Of a DNA stretch of 49,123 nt, positions 15,666-25,970 are shown one piece after another. The translations under genes and the position numbers were made by a program. The stretch is from Acidimicrobiales bacterium (GTDB lineage: Bacteria > Actinomycetota > Acidimicrobiia > Acidimicrobiales > AC-14). The stretch covers positions 1 through 49,123 of the forward strand of contig JBOGIF010000045.1 in the NCBI GenBank assembly GCA_050742415.1, given 5' to 3'. How positions within the stretch are numbered: position 1 is the stretch's first letter; each line of letters begins with the position of its first letter. The notes beneath the pieces are model-generated. The model did no database searches. It was given only the letters and a program-made list of their open reading frames with translations, and was not told the origin of the DNA.

Positions 15666-16835
15666 ATGGTCGGAGCCGTGCCCGATCCCGGCGCCGCCGA
15701 CGCTGCCCGTCGCCTGGTGGTCGAACGCAATCTCGTGCGGGCGGCATTCGACCACCTCACCCGGGACGCCGTCACCTCCCTGCCCTTCGAGGTGCTCGGC
15801 CCGACCAAGGCGCTGCTCAAGCGCTTTCTCTCAACGGAGCCGTGGGGATCCGACCACGACGATGCCCTGGCCGCGGCGGTAGGGCCGGGCGAGGGCGAGT
15901 GGCGTCGGCCGCTCGATGCGGACGTGGCCTTGGAGTTCGGATGGCAGTCCGGCCGTTTCCGCGTGCACGTGTGCTCGACTGCCGCCGACTCCGGATCTGA
16001 CGCCGGTGGCGGATCCGCTCCAGAACCGGCGCGAGCCACCGGCCTCACCTTCGCCGGCCCGGTGGTACCCGAGGTCACGCCCAACCCGCGCACGATCATG
16101 TTCCGAGTCGGTCCGATCAACGACGGTGCCAGCCGCTGGTACGAGTCGGCGAACGACATCGGTGACCCCTCCGTGGCCAAGTTGTTCGACCGGTTCGAGG
16201 AGGTGGCCAACGTCCTGGTCGGCCCCGACTTCGTCGCCGTCGGACTGCACCGTCCTGGCGATTGGGAGCGCCTGCTCGAACCCGTGCTCGCGGTGGTCAG
16301 CGAGGAGTTCGCCGAGCACGCCGCCATCGGTGACGACGGCGATGACGATGATGAGCCCTTGGCTTCCGGGCCCGTTCCGGTGAACGCGCCGACGGCGGGG
16401 CGAGGCCGCAACCAGGGCCGCCTCGTGAAAGCGTGGCAGGAGCTGGGGTCGCTGCGGCCGGCCGACCCGACCGACCTGGTCCTGGTGCGAGCAGCGGCGG
16501 GCGACCGTAACTCCGCTTTCCGACAGGTGGCTGCGAACCTGCTGCGGGAGGCCGACCCCGAGGTAGCGGCAGCGGAATGGGCCTGTTTGGTAACCGACGC
16601 TGTGCGCTCGGTGCGCCGGGCCACCGTAGATGCCATGGTCGACGTCGGCCGCCAGGAGCTACGGCCGCTTCTGGAGGCCGCCCTCGCCGACGCCGACGCG
16701 TGGGTGCGCTGGAAGGCATTGCGGGGACTGGCCGAGATCGGGTCCGCTCCCAGCCGGGAGACGATCGCCGCCCACGCAGCCGACCCGGACTTCCGGGTCC
16801 GCCTGGAAGCGGCCGCCGCGCTCCAGAGCGGTTGA
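15666..16835 (+). CDS. Nfu/NifU N-terminal-like domain protein with C-terminal HEAT repeats
   Basis: The central TPNPRTIMFRVGPI...VANVLVGPDFVAVGL resembles the Nfu_N scaffold domain. The C-terminus DAWVRWKALRGLAEIG...DPDFRVRLEAAAAL looks like HEAT/PBS-lyase repeats. Confidence 0.65.
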   Translation: MVGAVPDPGAADAARRLVVERNLVRAAFDHLTRDAVTSLPFEVLGPTKALLKRFLSTEPWGSDHDDALAAAVGPGEGEWRRPLDADVALEFGWQSGRFRVHVCSTAADSGSDAGGGSAPEPARATGLTFAGPVVPEVTPNPRTIMFRVGPINDGASRWYESANDIGDPSVAKLFDRFEEVANVLVGPDFVAVGLHRPGDWERLLEPVLAVVSEEFAEHAAIGDDGDDDDEPLASGPVPVNAPTAGRGRNQGRLVKAWQELGSLRPADPTDLVLVRAAAGDRNSAFRQVAANLLREADPEVAAAEWACLVTDAVRSVRRATVDAMVDVGRQELRPLLEAALADADAWVRWKALRGLAEIGSAPSRETIAAHAADPDFRVRLEAAAALQSG

Positions 16836-16942
16836 ACGTCGTCCCACGCCGGAGCCCGAGTTGCATCCCGAGATCGAGCCGCTTGCTCGGTCCTGCTCGG
16901 TTGCTGGGTCGGGCGGGGTGGGGGCCGCTTACCCGCAGGATC

Positions 16943-17320
16943 TCAGAGTGGGATGAGCCGAAGACTGGGATCGAGGAGCCGGAGATCGTCGGGGTCCGAG
17001 GTGACAACGTCTTGTTGGCTGCGACGCGCGCAGACGACGACGTGGGCATCGGTGATGTCGGTTGTCCCAGTCGCGGCGAGGAGGCGCCCGACGTTGGTCG
17101 CATCCACGCGGTCCAGGGGAACGACGTCTGTGGTCGGTTGGCGGACCAGACGTGCCAGGCGAACCTGGCGTTCGGGCCGGCGGATCGCCTGGGCGAGCGC
17201 AGTGGCAGGAACGGTTATCCGGACGCCCTTCTCCCGAGAGCGGGCAAGCAGTACCAGGACTCGACGGTCGTCGCGGTCCAACGCGATCAGTCCGCCGGCG
17301 TCGAGGGTTACGCCCGGCAT
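16943..17320 (-). CDS. PIN-domain toxin
   Basis: 125 aa, begins TLDAGGLIALDRDD, with ...DAHVVVCA... and ...VVTSDPDDL acidic PIN residues. TAATG overlap with the upstream antitoxin. Confidence 0.8.
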   Translation of the reverse strand: MPGVTLDAGGLIALDRDDRRVLVLLARSREKGVRITVPATALAQAIRRPERQVRLARLVRQPTTDVVPLDRVDATNVGRLLAATGTTDITDAHVVVCARRSQQDVVTSDPDDLRLLDPSLRLIPL

Positions 17321-17580
17321 TAGGCGACCGATCTCTCTGGGCGGTCCTCGACACCGAGGATCTCGTCGGCCCAGGCCCGTTCTTCGTCCGACAGCGTGCC
17401 ACCGGTTTCTCGGAGAGCTTCAGCGAGCAGCGCACCCCAGCCGGCGACGTCATCGAGGGCGACGCCCACGGCATGCTGGACGAACCCCGACAGGCTTGTC
17501 GCCGTCCCCGACTCGACGAGGGCGCGAATCCGGCCCACCTGCACCTCGTCGAGTGTGATCGTCACCTTCCGTGTCGCCAT
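17320..17580 (-). CDS. Ribbon-helix-helix antitoxin
   Basis: 86 aa starting MATRKVTITLDEVQVGRIRALV (RHH beta-strand/helix pattern). Lies directly upstream of, and overlapping, the PIN gene. Confidence 0.75.
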   Translation of the reverse strand: MATRKVTITLDEVQVGRIRALVESGTATSLSGFVQHAVGVALDDVAGWGALLAEALRETGGTLSDEERAWADEILGVEDRPERSVA

Positions 17581-17647
17581 ACCGCTTACCATACCAAGCC
17601 CGTGTACGTCGCGGGCCACCGAACACGACGTTTTTGCAAGGAACCTG

Positions 17648-17685
17648 GCGCTAAGATGCCTGCAATAGCGCCAGAACAGCGCTAA
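17648..17685. promoter_or_regulatory. GCGCTA-type inverted/direct repeats in the divergent TA promoter region (candidate antitoxin operator)
   Basis: GGCGCTA (17648-17654) and TAGCGCC (17666-17672) are reverse complements. AGCGCTAA recurs at 17678-17685, 10 nt before the vapB ATG. Confidence 0.35.
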
Positions 17686-17694
17686 TCTGCGAAC

Positions 17695-17925
17695 ATGCCC
17701 AGCATCCAAGTGAAGGACGTCCCTCAGGACGTTCACTCCGTCCTGAGACGGCGGGCCGGGGCCGCCGGCCAGTCTCTTCAGGAGTACCTGCTCGCGCTGC
17801 TGATGGACGAGGCTCGAACGCCAACGCTCGATGAGCTTCTCGAGCGCGTCGAGCACCGCACTGGTGGTCGGGTCTCCCTGAAGGAGGCAGCGCGGGCGGT
17901 CCGTGCCGATCGCGATGCACGTTGA
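17695..17925 (+). CDS. vapB: VapB-type antitoxin (FitA/Arc-like)
   Basis: MPSIQVKDVPQDVHSVLRRRAGAAGQSLQEYLL... is the typical N-terminus of this antitoxin class. Overlaps the vapC start. Confidence 0.8.
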   Translation: MPSIQVKDVPQDVHSVLRRRAGAAGQSLQEYLLALLMDEARTPTLDELLERVEHRTGGRVSLKEAARAVRADRDAR

Positions 17926-18314
17926 TCGTCGTCGACGCGAGCGTGATCGTCTCGGCTCTCGCCGACGGCGGACCTGACGGGCGGAACGTCAGGGCGAGGG
18001 TCTCCGGGGAGCATCTCGCGGCGCCGGAGGTCATCGACCTCGAGGTCGTGTCCGCCTTCCGGAGGCTGTGTTCGGCGGGCCGGCTCGATGGCGACCGGGC
18101 CGAAGCGGCGATCGCCGACCTACAGGAGCTTCGTATCCAGCGGGTTCCACATCGCAGCCTCCTCGAACGCTGTTGGGAGCTGCGCGAGACCATGACCGTC
18201 TATGACGCTTCGTATGTCGCGCTTGCAGAGAGCCTCCAGGCGACTCTGCTGACCGGGGATCAGCGGCTCGCGAAGGCGCCCGGCGCCCGTTGCGTGTTCG
18301 AGGTGGTTTCCTGA
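17922..18314 (+). CDS. vapC: VapC PIN-domain ribonuclease toxin
   Basis: MIVVDASVIV..., ...EVIDLEV..., ...VYDASYVALAE..., ...LLTGDQRL carry the four PIN acidic positions. TTG start overlaps the vapB stop. Confidence 0.85.
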   Translation: MIVVDASVIVSALADGGPDGRNVRARVSGEHLAAPEVIDLEVVSAFRRLCSAGRLDGDRAEAAIADLQELRIQRVPHRSLLERCWELRETMTVYDASYVALAESLQATLLTGDQRLAKAPGARCVFEVVS

Positions 18315-18340
18315 AAGTCCTCGACCGTAAGGACGGGAGA

Positions 18341-18787
18341 TCAGGCCGGGCCGCCGCCTGAAATCTGCTCGTCGTCGACCCAGACGACCTCGCAGTCGAG
18401 CTCGCAGCGCTGCTTTCCGTGTAGGCCGCCCACCCGGCGCCTGATGTCGTCGGCCACGCCGGCGACGTTGTGGGCGAGAATGCGTGTCCACGAGTACCGG
18501 CAACTGCCCTCGCTCCTGGGTTGCAGAGGCGAGATGCGGTCGACATGGGCGGACACCTGGTCGCCGTCGATGACGACATGGAGACTGTCGTGTGCAGAGA
18601 CCTCTCGGAACGACGTCTTGCCGGGGTGGAAGATGCCACCGAGCTTTGAGTCTCGGCGGAAGCCTGCTGTCTCGAGCGCCTGCTGCATGCCGAGAGGATC
18701 GTCCGTCGTGAAGGTGCTCTCCTTGCCGCTCATCTCGAGATGTCTACGGAGTTGGCGCCAGGAGCGGATGGGAGGCCGGCCGGTCAT
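18341..18787 (-). CDS. Stand-alone copy of the unknown domain fused to the HAD-IB hydrolase at 233-1432
   Basis: FRRDSKLGGIFHPGKTSFREV..SLHVVIDGDQVSAHVDRISPL..SCRYSWTRILAHNVAGVADD aligns without gaps to FRRDTRLGALFHRGEISLREV..SLHVTFGEDNRVSAHVDHISPL..GCRYSLPRIAAHNMTGMAGD. Confidence 0.7.
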   Translation of the reverse strand: MTGRPPIRSWRQLRRHLEMSGKESTFTTDDPLGMQQALETAGFRRDSKLGGIFHPGKTSFREVSAHDSLHVVIDGDQVSAHVDRISPLQPRSEGSCRYSWTRILAHNVAGVADDIRRRVGGLHGKQRCELDCEVVWVDDEQISGGGPA

Positions 18788-18939
18788 GTCCGCCGCATCC
18801 GTTGCCGCACGAAGTTGGCGATGGTCGCGCTGGTGCTATTGATCTGGTGCGCCTTCTTCACGTGCGCGGCGAACAGTGCCAGAAGCTCTTCCGGCGTGTC
18901 CGCGGTCCCCTGCCACCTGCAGGCGTGTCCTGCATCCCT
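18784..18939 (-). pseudogene. Start-less 51-codon reading frame (HTH-like tail) whose TGA overlaps the ATG of 18341-18787
   Basis: ...GTADTPEELLALFAAHVKKAHQINSTSATIANFVRQRMRRT* ends in an ATGA overlap with the downstream gene. The only canonical in-frame start is a late GTG. An ATG-initiated frame (MQDTPAGG...) runs one frame off just upstream. Confidence 0.25.
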
Positions 18940-19015
18940 TCACCTGAACTGGTAGGCCACGGGCTCATTCTGCCCTGGACGCGCCGGGCAGCGCGCGCGG
19001 CGCGCACAACGGCGC

Positions 19016-20233
19016 TCAGGCCGTCAGGGCGTCGGCAAGCTCCCGCACGAAGAGGCCTACGTCGGTCACGATGCCCAAGGCCTGCTGGGTGCCCCGGTCG
19101 GCCAGCTTCGTGACCACGGCCTGGTTGATGTCGACGCAGTAGATCTCCACGCTGGCCGCCAACAAGTTGCCGACGGCCACGGCGTGGAGGGTGGAGGCCA
19201 GCATGAGAGCGACGCGTACGCCGTCGAGATGCGCACGCATGGCGTCCTGCGCTTCGACCACGTCGGTCACCACGTCGGGCAGCGGGCCGTCGTCGCGCAC
19301 CGAGCCACCGAGCACGAACGGCACCCCACGGCGCACGCACTCGTACATGACCCCAACGGTGAGGTCGCCGTCGGTGACACCCCGCTCGATGGATCCCCAC
19401 CGGCGGACCGCGTTGATGACGCGGAGGTGGTTGGCGTGGCTGCCCTCGGTGGTGGCGCCCTCCATAACGGACACGCCCAATGACGTGCCGAAGAGGCTCG
19501 TCTCGATGTCGTGGGTGGCGAACCCGTTGCCGGAGAACAGCACGTCGACCCATCCCTCGCGCACGAGGGTGGCAAGGTGCGGGCCGGCCCCCGTGTGGAC
19601 CACCGCCGGACCGGGGACGGCGAGCAGGCGGCCGCCGTCGGCGCGCGACGCGCGTATGCGATCGGCCACCCGGGTGACCAGCAGGCCCTTGGGCTTCTCG
19701 GCCGAGACCTCCGAGGTCATGAACTCGAACTGGCCCACACCCCTGGGCTTCTCCCGTGGCCTGACCCGCACCCCGCCCTGGCCCACGACCACCGCGTCGC
19801 CGGCCCGCACGTGGTGCATAGGCCGGGCCTGCGCGCGCCGGCCGGCCCGGTCGACGACGAGCGCGCAGTCCATCTCCGGGCGGTCCACCTCGAGCCAGCG
19901 ACCCTCGACCCGGACCGAGGTCGGCAGGTTGGTGGTGGCGTAGAAGCCCTCGGGCAGGACGCCAGGTAGGGGAGCCGGGACCAGCACGGCGTCGCCCGTT
20001 TCGAGCGGTTGGGCGCCGTGGGGGTGCAGCTCGGCCAACAGCTTGCCCAGCGCAGCTTCGTCGGCCGCGGTGATCGTGATGCGGGCGACGGACGGGTTCG
20101 CGTTGGACCGGCCGAGGTCGAGGTCGACCATCCGGTAGTCGGCCCCGGCATCGACGATCAGGTCGAGGATCCTGGCGAGAACCAGCGAGTCGATGATGTG
20201 GCCCCGCACCTCGACGGTCTCGCTGGCGCTCAC
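19016..20233 (-). CDS. TIGR00300-type protein (LOR/SDH-like N-terminal domain); possible ornithine cyclodeaminase-type enzyme
   Basis: N-terminus VEVRGHIIDSLVLARILDLIVDAGADYRMVDLDLGRSNANPSVARITI is the LOR/SDH conserved domain pattern. GTG start at 20233. Confidence 0.8.
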   Translation of the reverse strand: MSASETVEVRGHIIDSLVLARILDLIVDAGADYRMVDLDLGRSNANPSVARITITAADEAALGKLLAELHPHGAQPLETGDAVLVPAPLPGVLPEGFYATTNLPTSVRVEGRWLEVDRPEMDCALVVDRAGRRAQARPMHHVRAGDAVVVGQGGVRVRPREKPRGVGQFEFMTSEVSAEKPKGLLVTRVADRIRASRADGGRLLAVPGPAVVHTGAGPHLATLVREGWVDVLFSGNGFATHDIETSLFGTSLGVSVMEGATTEGSHANHLRVINAVRRWGSIERGVTDGDLTVGVMYECVRRGVPFVLGGSVRDDGPLPDVVTDVVEAQDAMRAHLDGVRVALMLASTLHAVAVGNLLAASVEIYCVDINQAVVTKLADRGTQQALGIVTDVGLFVRELADALTA

Positions 20234-20291
20234 CGCTACGAACCTTAGGACTGCGCCTCCCGAGGGACACCGGCCGCAATACCGTTGGGTC

Positions 20292-23288
20292 GTGGCCGGC
20301 GCCCTCGAACCCGAGGTGGACGCCCTGGCGCGGCACATCGCCGAGATGGGAAAGTCGCACCGGGCCCGGCTCGTCGAGTCATCGTGGTGGACGGAGCAGA
20401 TGCTCGAGTGGGCGATGTCGCACCCGTCGTTCAAGACCCAGCTGTTCCGCTTCGTCGATGTCTTCCCCGCCACCACCGGCGACGCCGACGTGTTACGCCA
20501 TCTGTGCGAGTACTTCGACGGCGACGATGTGCCGCGGATCCTCGACCTCGGCCTGGGCGCAGCCGACCACCTCCCGATGGGCAAGGCCGCTGCGGCCTCG
20601 GTGGCCCGACGGAACATCGGCCGGGTGGCCCGGCAGTTCATCGTGGGCACCGACGCCGCGGAGGCGGCCTCCCGTCTGCACCACCTCTGGCAGCAGGGGA
20701 GCGCGTTCACCGTCGACCTTCTGGGTGAGAAGACGCTCAGTGAGGCGGAGGCCGACCGCTACGCGGCGCGGGTTGAGGAGCTGTTGGCCACGCTCGTTGT
20801 CGCCACCCGGGACTGGGCTCCGGACGACCGCCTGGAGCGGGATGACCTTGGCCCCGTGGCCCGGGTCAACGTCAGCGTCAAGCCCACGGCCATGGCGTCG
20901 CGGTACGCCCCGCTGAGCGCCGCCGACGGCCTCGCCCAGGCCAAGGCCCGGCTGCGGCCGCTGCTACGGCAGGCCGCGACCGCAGGGGCCTTCGTGCACG
21001 TCGACGCCGAGCACTACGACGTCAAGGACCTGACCCTCGCGTTGTTCCGCGAGCTTCTGGCCGAGCCTGACTTCGCGGACCTCGCGTCGGGCGTCGTCGT
21101 GCAGGCATACCTGCGCGACTCCTACGCCGACCTGGCCGACCTCATCGCGTTCTCGGCCGGGAGAGCCCGGCCCCTGACCGTACGGCTGGTCAAAGGCGCC
21201 TACTGGGACACCGAGACGGTGGTGGCGCGGGCTGCCGGGTGGCCCGTGCCGGTCTTCGTCCGCAAGGAGGAGACCGACGCCAACTACGAGCGGTGTGTGC
21301 GGCTCCTGCACGATCACCACGGCGAGGTCCGGGCCGCCTTCGGCAGCCACAACCTCCGCTCGCTGGCGTACGCCGTGGCCTACGCCCGCTCGGTTGGCAT
21401 CCCCGACAACGGCTACGAGATCCAGCTCCTGCACGGCATGGCCGAGCCGGTCCACGCCGCCGTCCGGCGCCTCGGGTTGCGCCTACGGGTCTACGCCCCG
21501 GTGGGCGACCTCGTGCCAGGCATGGCCTACCTGGTGCGCCGCCTGCTCGAGAACACCGCCAACGAGAGCTTCGTGCGGCTCCGCTTCGTGGAGGGCCGCA
21601 ACCTCGACGAGCTGCTGGCGCCACCGGCCGTCGGCGGGCTCCCAGATCCAGTTCCCAAAGACGCGCCGGCGGAGCGGGCGCCGCCGACCGACGCTGGGTC
21701 GCCCGGCCGGTACCAGCCCGAGCCGGTGGCCGAATGGCGGCGCGAGCGAGTGCGCCGGGACTTCTCCACGGCCGTGGAGGGCATGGCCGACTCGAGCCGC
21801 GGAGGGCTCGGCGCGACCGTGGCGGCGGTGATAGGCGGGCGCCGGTTCATGACGCCCGAGACCATCGTCTCGGTCGACCCGGCCAAGCCGGCCACGACGG
21901 TGGCCCTCTCCGCCTGCTGCGGCGTCGACGAGGCCGACGAGGCCATCGAGGTCGCCCTTGGGGCGTGGCCGGCCTGGCGTGACAGCCCCGCCCCCGAGCG
22001 CGCCGGAGTCTTGTTCCGCGCCGCGGCCTGGATGCGGGAGCGGCGGGACCAGCTCGCCGCCCTCGAGGTGTTCGAGGCGGGCAAGCCCTGGCCCGATGCC
22101 GACGCCGACGTGTGCGAGGCCATCGACTTCTGCGAGTACTACGCGCGCCAGATGCTGCGCCTCGACGCCGGAGCCGACGTGGCCTCCGCGCCGGGTGAGC
22201 GCAACACCATGCGCTACGAGGGCCGAGGTGTTGGCGTGGTCATCGCGCCTTGGAACTTCCCGCTGGCCATCCCCACCGGGATGGTCGTGGCTACGCTCGT
22301 CGCCGGCAACGCGGTCGTGTTCAAGCCAGCCGAGCAGACACCCGCGATCGGCGCCCGCCTGTTGGAGGCACTGGCCGCCGCCGGGCTGCCCGAGGGTGTG
22401 CTGGCCTTCCTGCCCGGGCGCGGCGAGGTGGTGGGCGCCCACCTGGTGGAGCACCCAGCGGTTTCCTTCGTGGCCTTCACCGGGTCGAAGCCGGTCGGCC
22501 TCGGGATCGTGGAGGCTGCCGCTGTCCACCGGCCGGGGCAGGCGCAGGTCAAGCGGGTCGTGGCCGAGATGGGCGGCAAGAACGCCATCGTCGTGGACTC
22601 GGATGCCGACCTCGACCAGGCGATCCCTATCGTCGCGACCTCCGCCTTCGGCTACTCGGGCCAGAAGTGCTCGGCGTGCTCCCGCCTCATCGTTCTCGAA
22701 GAGGTCCACGACCAGATGGTCGAGCGCCTGGTCGCCCGGGCGCGCGAGCTACGCGTCGGCCCCCCGAGTGAGATGGGTGTGGACATGGGACCGCTGATCG
22801 ACGAGGAGGCCTACGTACGGGTGCGGTCCTACGTCGACGCCGCCCCGGGCCAGGGCCGGGTGGCACTCGCCCGCGGCGACGTTCCGGTCGACGGTTATTT
22901 CGTGGGGCCGACGATCGTCACCGACGTGGAACCCACCGGCCGGCTGGCGACCGAGGAGGTCTTCGGGCCGGTGCTGGCGGTGATGCGAGCCGCCAGCTTC
23001 GAAGAGGCGCTGGCGCTGGCCAACGCCTCCGACTACGCCCTCGCCGCCGGGATCGTGTCGCGTTCCCCGTCGCACATCGCCCGGGCCACCCGGGCGCTGC
23101 GGGCCGGCAATGTCTACGTCAACCGGCCGATAACAGGGGCGGTGGTGGGTCGCCAGCCGTTCGGTGGGTTCGGCCTGTCGGGTGTCGGCTCCAAGGCGGG
23201 CGGCCCGGACTACCTGCTCCAGTTCCTCGACCCTCGGGCCGTGAGCGAGAACACCCTCCGCCAGGGCTTCGCCCCCGACGCTCATTGA
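20292..23288 (+). CDS. putA: Bifunctional proline dehydrogenase / L-glutamate gamma-semialdehyde (P5C) dehydrogenase
   Basis: N-terminal PRODH barrel (…VKGAYWDTE…YEIQLLHGMAE…RRLLENTANESF) plus a C-terminal ALDH (…EMGGKNAIVV…FGYSGQKCSACSR…). Start set to GTG 20292 to avoid overlap with the divergent gene. The start is uncertain. Confidence 0.9.
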   Translation: MAGALEPEVDALARHIAEMGKSHRARLVESSWWTEQMLEWAMSHPSFKTQLFRFVDVFPATTGDADVLRHLCEYFDGDDVPRILDLGLGAADHLPMGKAAAASVARRNIGRVARQFIVGTDAAEAASRLHHLWQQGSAFTVDLLGEKTLSEAEADRYAARVEELLATLVVATRDWAPDDRLERDDLGPVARVNVSVKPTAMASRYAPLSAADGLAQAKARLRPLLRQAATAGAFVHVDAEHYDVKDLTLALFRELLAEPDFADLASGVVVQAYLRDSYADLADLIAFSAGRARPLTVRLVKGAYWDTETVVARAAGWPVPVFVRKEETDANYERCVRLLHDHHGEVRAAFGSHNLRSLAYAVAYARSVGIPDNGYEIQLLHGMAEPVHAAVRRLGLRLRVYAPVGDLVPGMAYLVRRLLENTANESFVRLRFVEGRNLDELLAPPAVGGLPDPVPKDAPAERAPPTDAGSPGRYQPEPVAEWRRERVRRDFSTAVEGMADSSRGGLGATVAAVIGGRRFMTPETIVSVDPAKPATTVALSACCGVDEADEAIEVALGAWPAWRDSPAPERAGVLFRAAAWMRERRDQLAALEVFEAGKPWPDADADVCEAIDFCEYYARQMLRLDAGADVASAPGERNTMRYEGRGVGVVIAPWNFPLAIPTGMVVATLVAGNAVVFKPAEQTPAIGARLLEALAAAGLPEGVLAFLPGRGEVVGAHLVEHPAVSFVAFTGSKPVGLGIVEAAAVHRPGQAQVKRVVAEMGGKNAIVVDSDADLDQAIPIVATSAFGYSGQKCSACSRLIVLEEVHDQMVERLVARARELRVGPPSEMGVDMGPLIDEEAYVRVRSYVDAAPGQGRVALARGDVPVDGYFVGPTIVTDVEPTGRLATEEVFGPVLAVMRAASFEEALALANASDYALAAGIVSRSPSHIARATRALRAGNVYVNRPITGAVVGRQPFGGFGLSGVGSKAGGPDYLLQFLDPRAVSENTLRQGFAPDAH

Positions 23289-23332
23289 CTTGGGCGCGGG
23301 CGGCAACGGCACGGGCTGGTCCGGGCACGCCG

Positions 23333-23611
23333 TCACCTCGCCGATCGGCCGGAGGCGGTGGCGGAGTGGGCGGCGATGCGTCGGAGCGGCGGCAGGGTGG
23401 GCGGCGGCTGCCGGCGGGGGGGCAGCTCGCCCAGCAGCTCGGCGCTGGCCGCGGCCACCAGCTCGACGGCCCGTTCGACGGCCGCCGACGTGCGCTCCGA
23501 CGTCGACTGCACTCCGCTGATCTTTCGCACGTACTGACGCGCCGCCGCCTCGATCTCGTCGGTGGTGGCGGCCGGCTCCAGGCCCCTCAGGGTCGTGATG
23601 TTGCGGCACAT
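23333..23611 (-). CDS. DUF2277-like small protein
   Basis: MCRNITTLRGLEPAATTDEIEAAARQYVRKISG is the conserved N-terminus of this family. Confidence 0.75.
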   Translation of the reverse strand: MCRNITTLRGLEPAATTDEIEAAARQYVRKISGVQSTSERTSAAVERAVELVAAASAELLGELPPRRQPPPTLPPLRRIAAHSATASGRSAR

Positions 23612-23658
23612 GCACACCAGATTACGGGCGCGGCGGGGTGCGTCTACCCTGCGCTTCC

Positions 23659-25328
<1,670 letters not shown>

Positions 25329-25338
<10 letters not shown>

Positions 25339-25970
25339 GGACGAAGGAAGTCGCGCACGGCTCGGGCGTTGGCGGCCACGACCTCTTCGTCGGGGGCCTG
25401 AAGAGCAGCCACCGCGGTCGACGCCAGCTCCTGGGCCTTCCGCCAGACGGCGCCCTCGATCCCGTAGGGCGGCAGGCTGAGGCCGACGGTGGTGGCCGCC
25501 TTCGTCAGCTCGGCGGCTAGAGCATCGTTGGGAGGCGAGTGCTGGACGCGGTCGGCGGCCACGAACAGGTCGGCCATCGCCGCCTGCGCCTCCTCGCCAC
25601 CGTCGGCACCGTCGGCACCGTCACCCTCCTCCACCAGCTCCGCCTCATCCGGCACGTCTCGCCCGGAACCCTCGATGTCGTCGACAAGGCGGTCGGCCTC
25701 GCCCTCGGCGGCGGCCGGCACGGCCAGGACCAGCTCGGCCTCCCACCGGTAGGGAATGGCCTCCCCGGACAGGGCGGCGGTCACGGCACCCCGATCGGCT
25801 GCGCCCCAGTCACCGAGGTCGTACTCGACGTCGCTGTCGGAGGCGGCCAGAAGGTCGGCGTCGGATGCCGCAGCCATGCCGCAGTCCGCGCACCTCGGGC
25901 TGGTGCTGAACCATTCCCCGAAACCCTGGATGGGGAGGACGGCTCCGCAGCGCGAGCAGAACAGGATCAT
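25329..25970 (-). CDS. Hypothetical acidic protein with an N-terminal zinc-ribbon (CSRCG...CADCG)
   Basis: ATGA overlap with the upstream SPFH gene and G/C3 bias. No recognised domain beyond the Cys pairs. Confidence 0.55.

Noticed and set aside
18940-18942. In-frame TGA upstream of the HTH-like frame as a possible third selenocysteine codon
   Set aside because: There is no redox-type U/C motif around it (…YQFR-TGA-RDAGHAC…), I could see no convincing downstream hairpin, and there is no known selenoprotein family. A frameshift or remnant is the simpler explanation.
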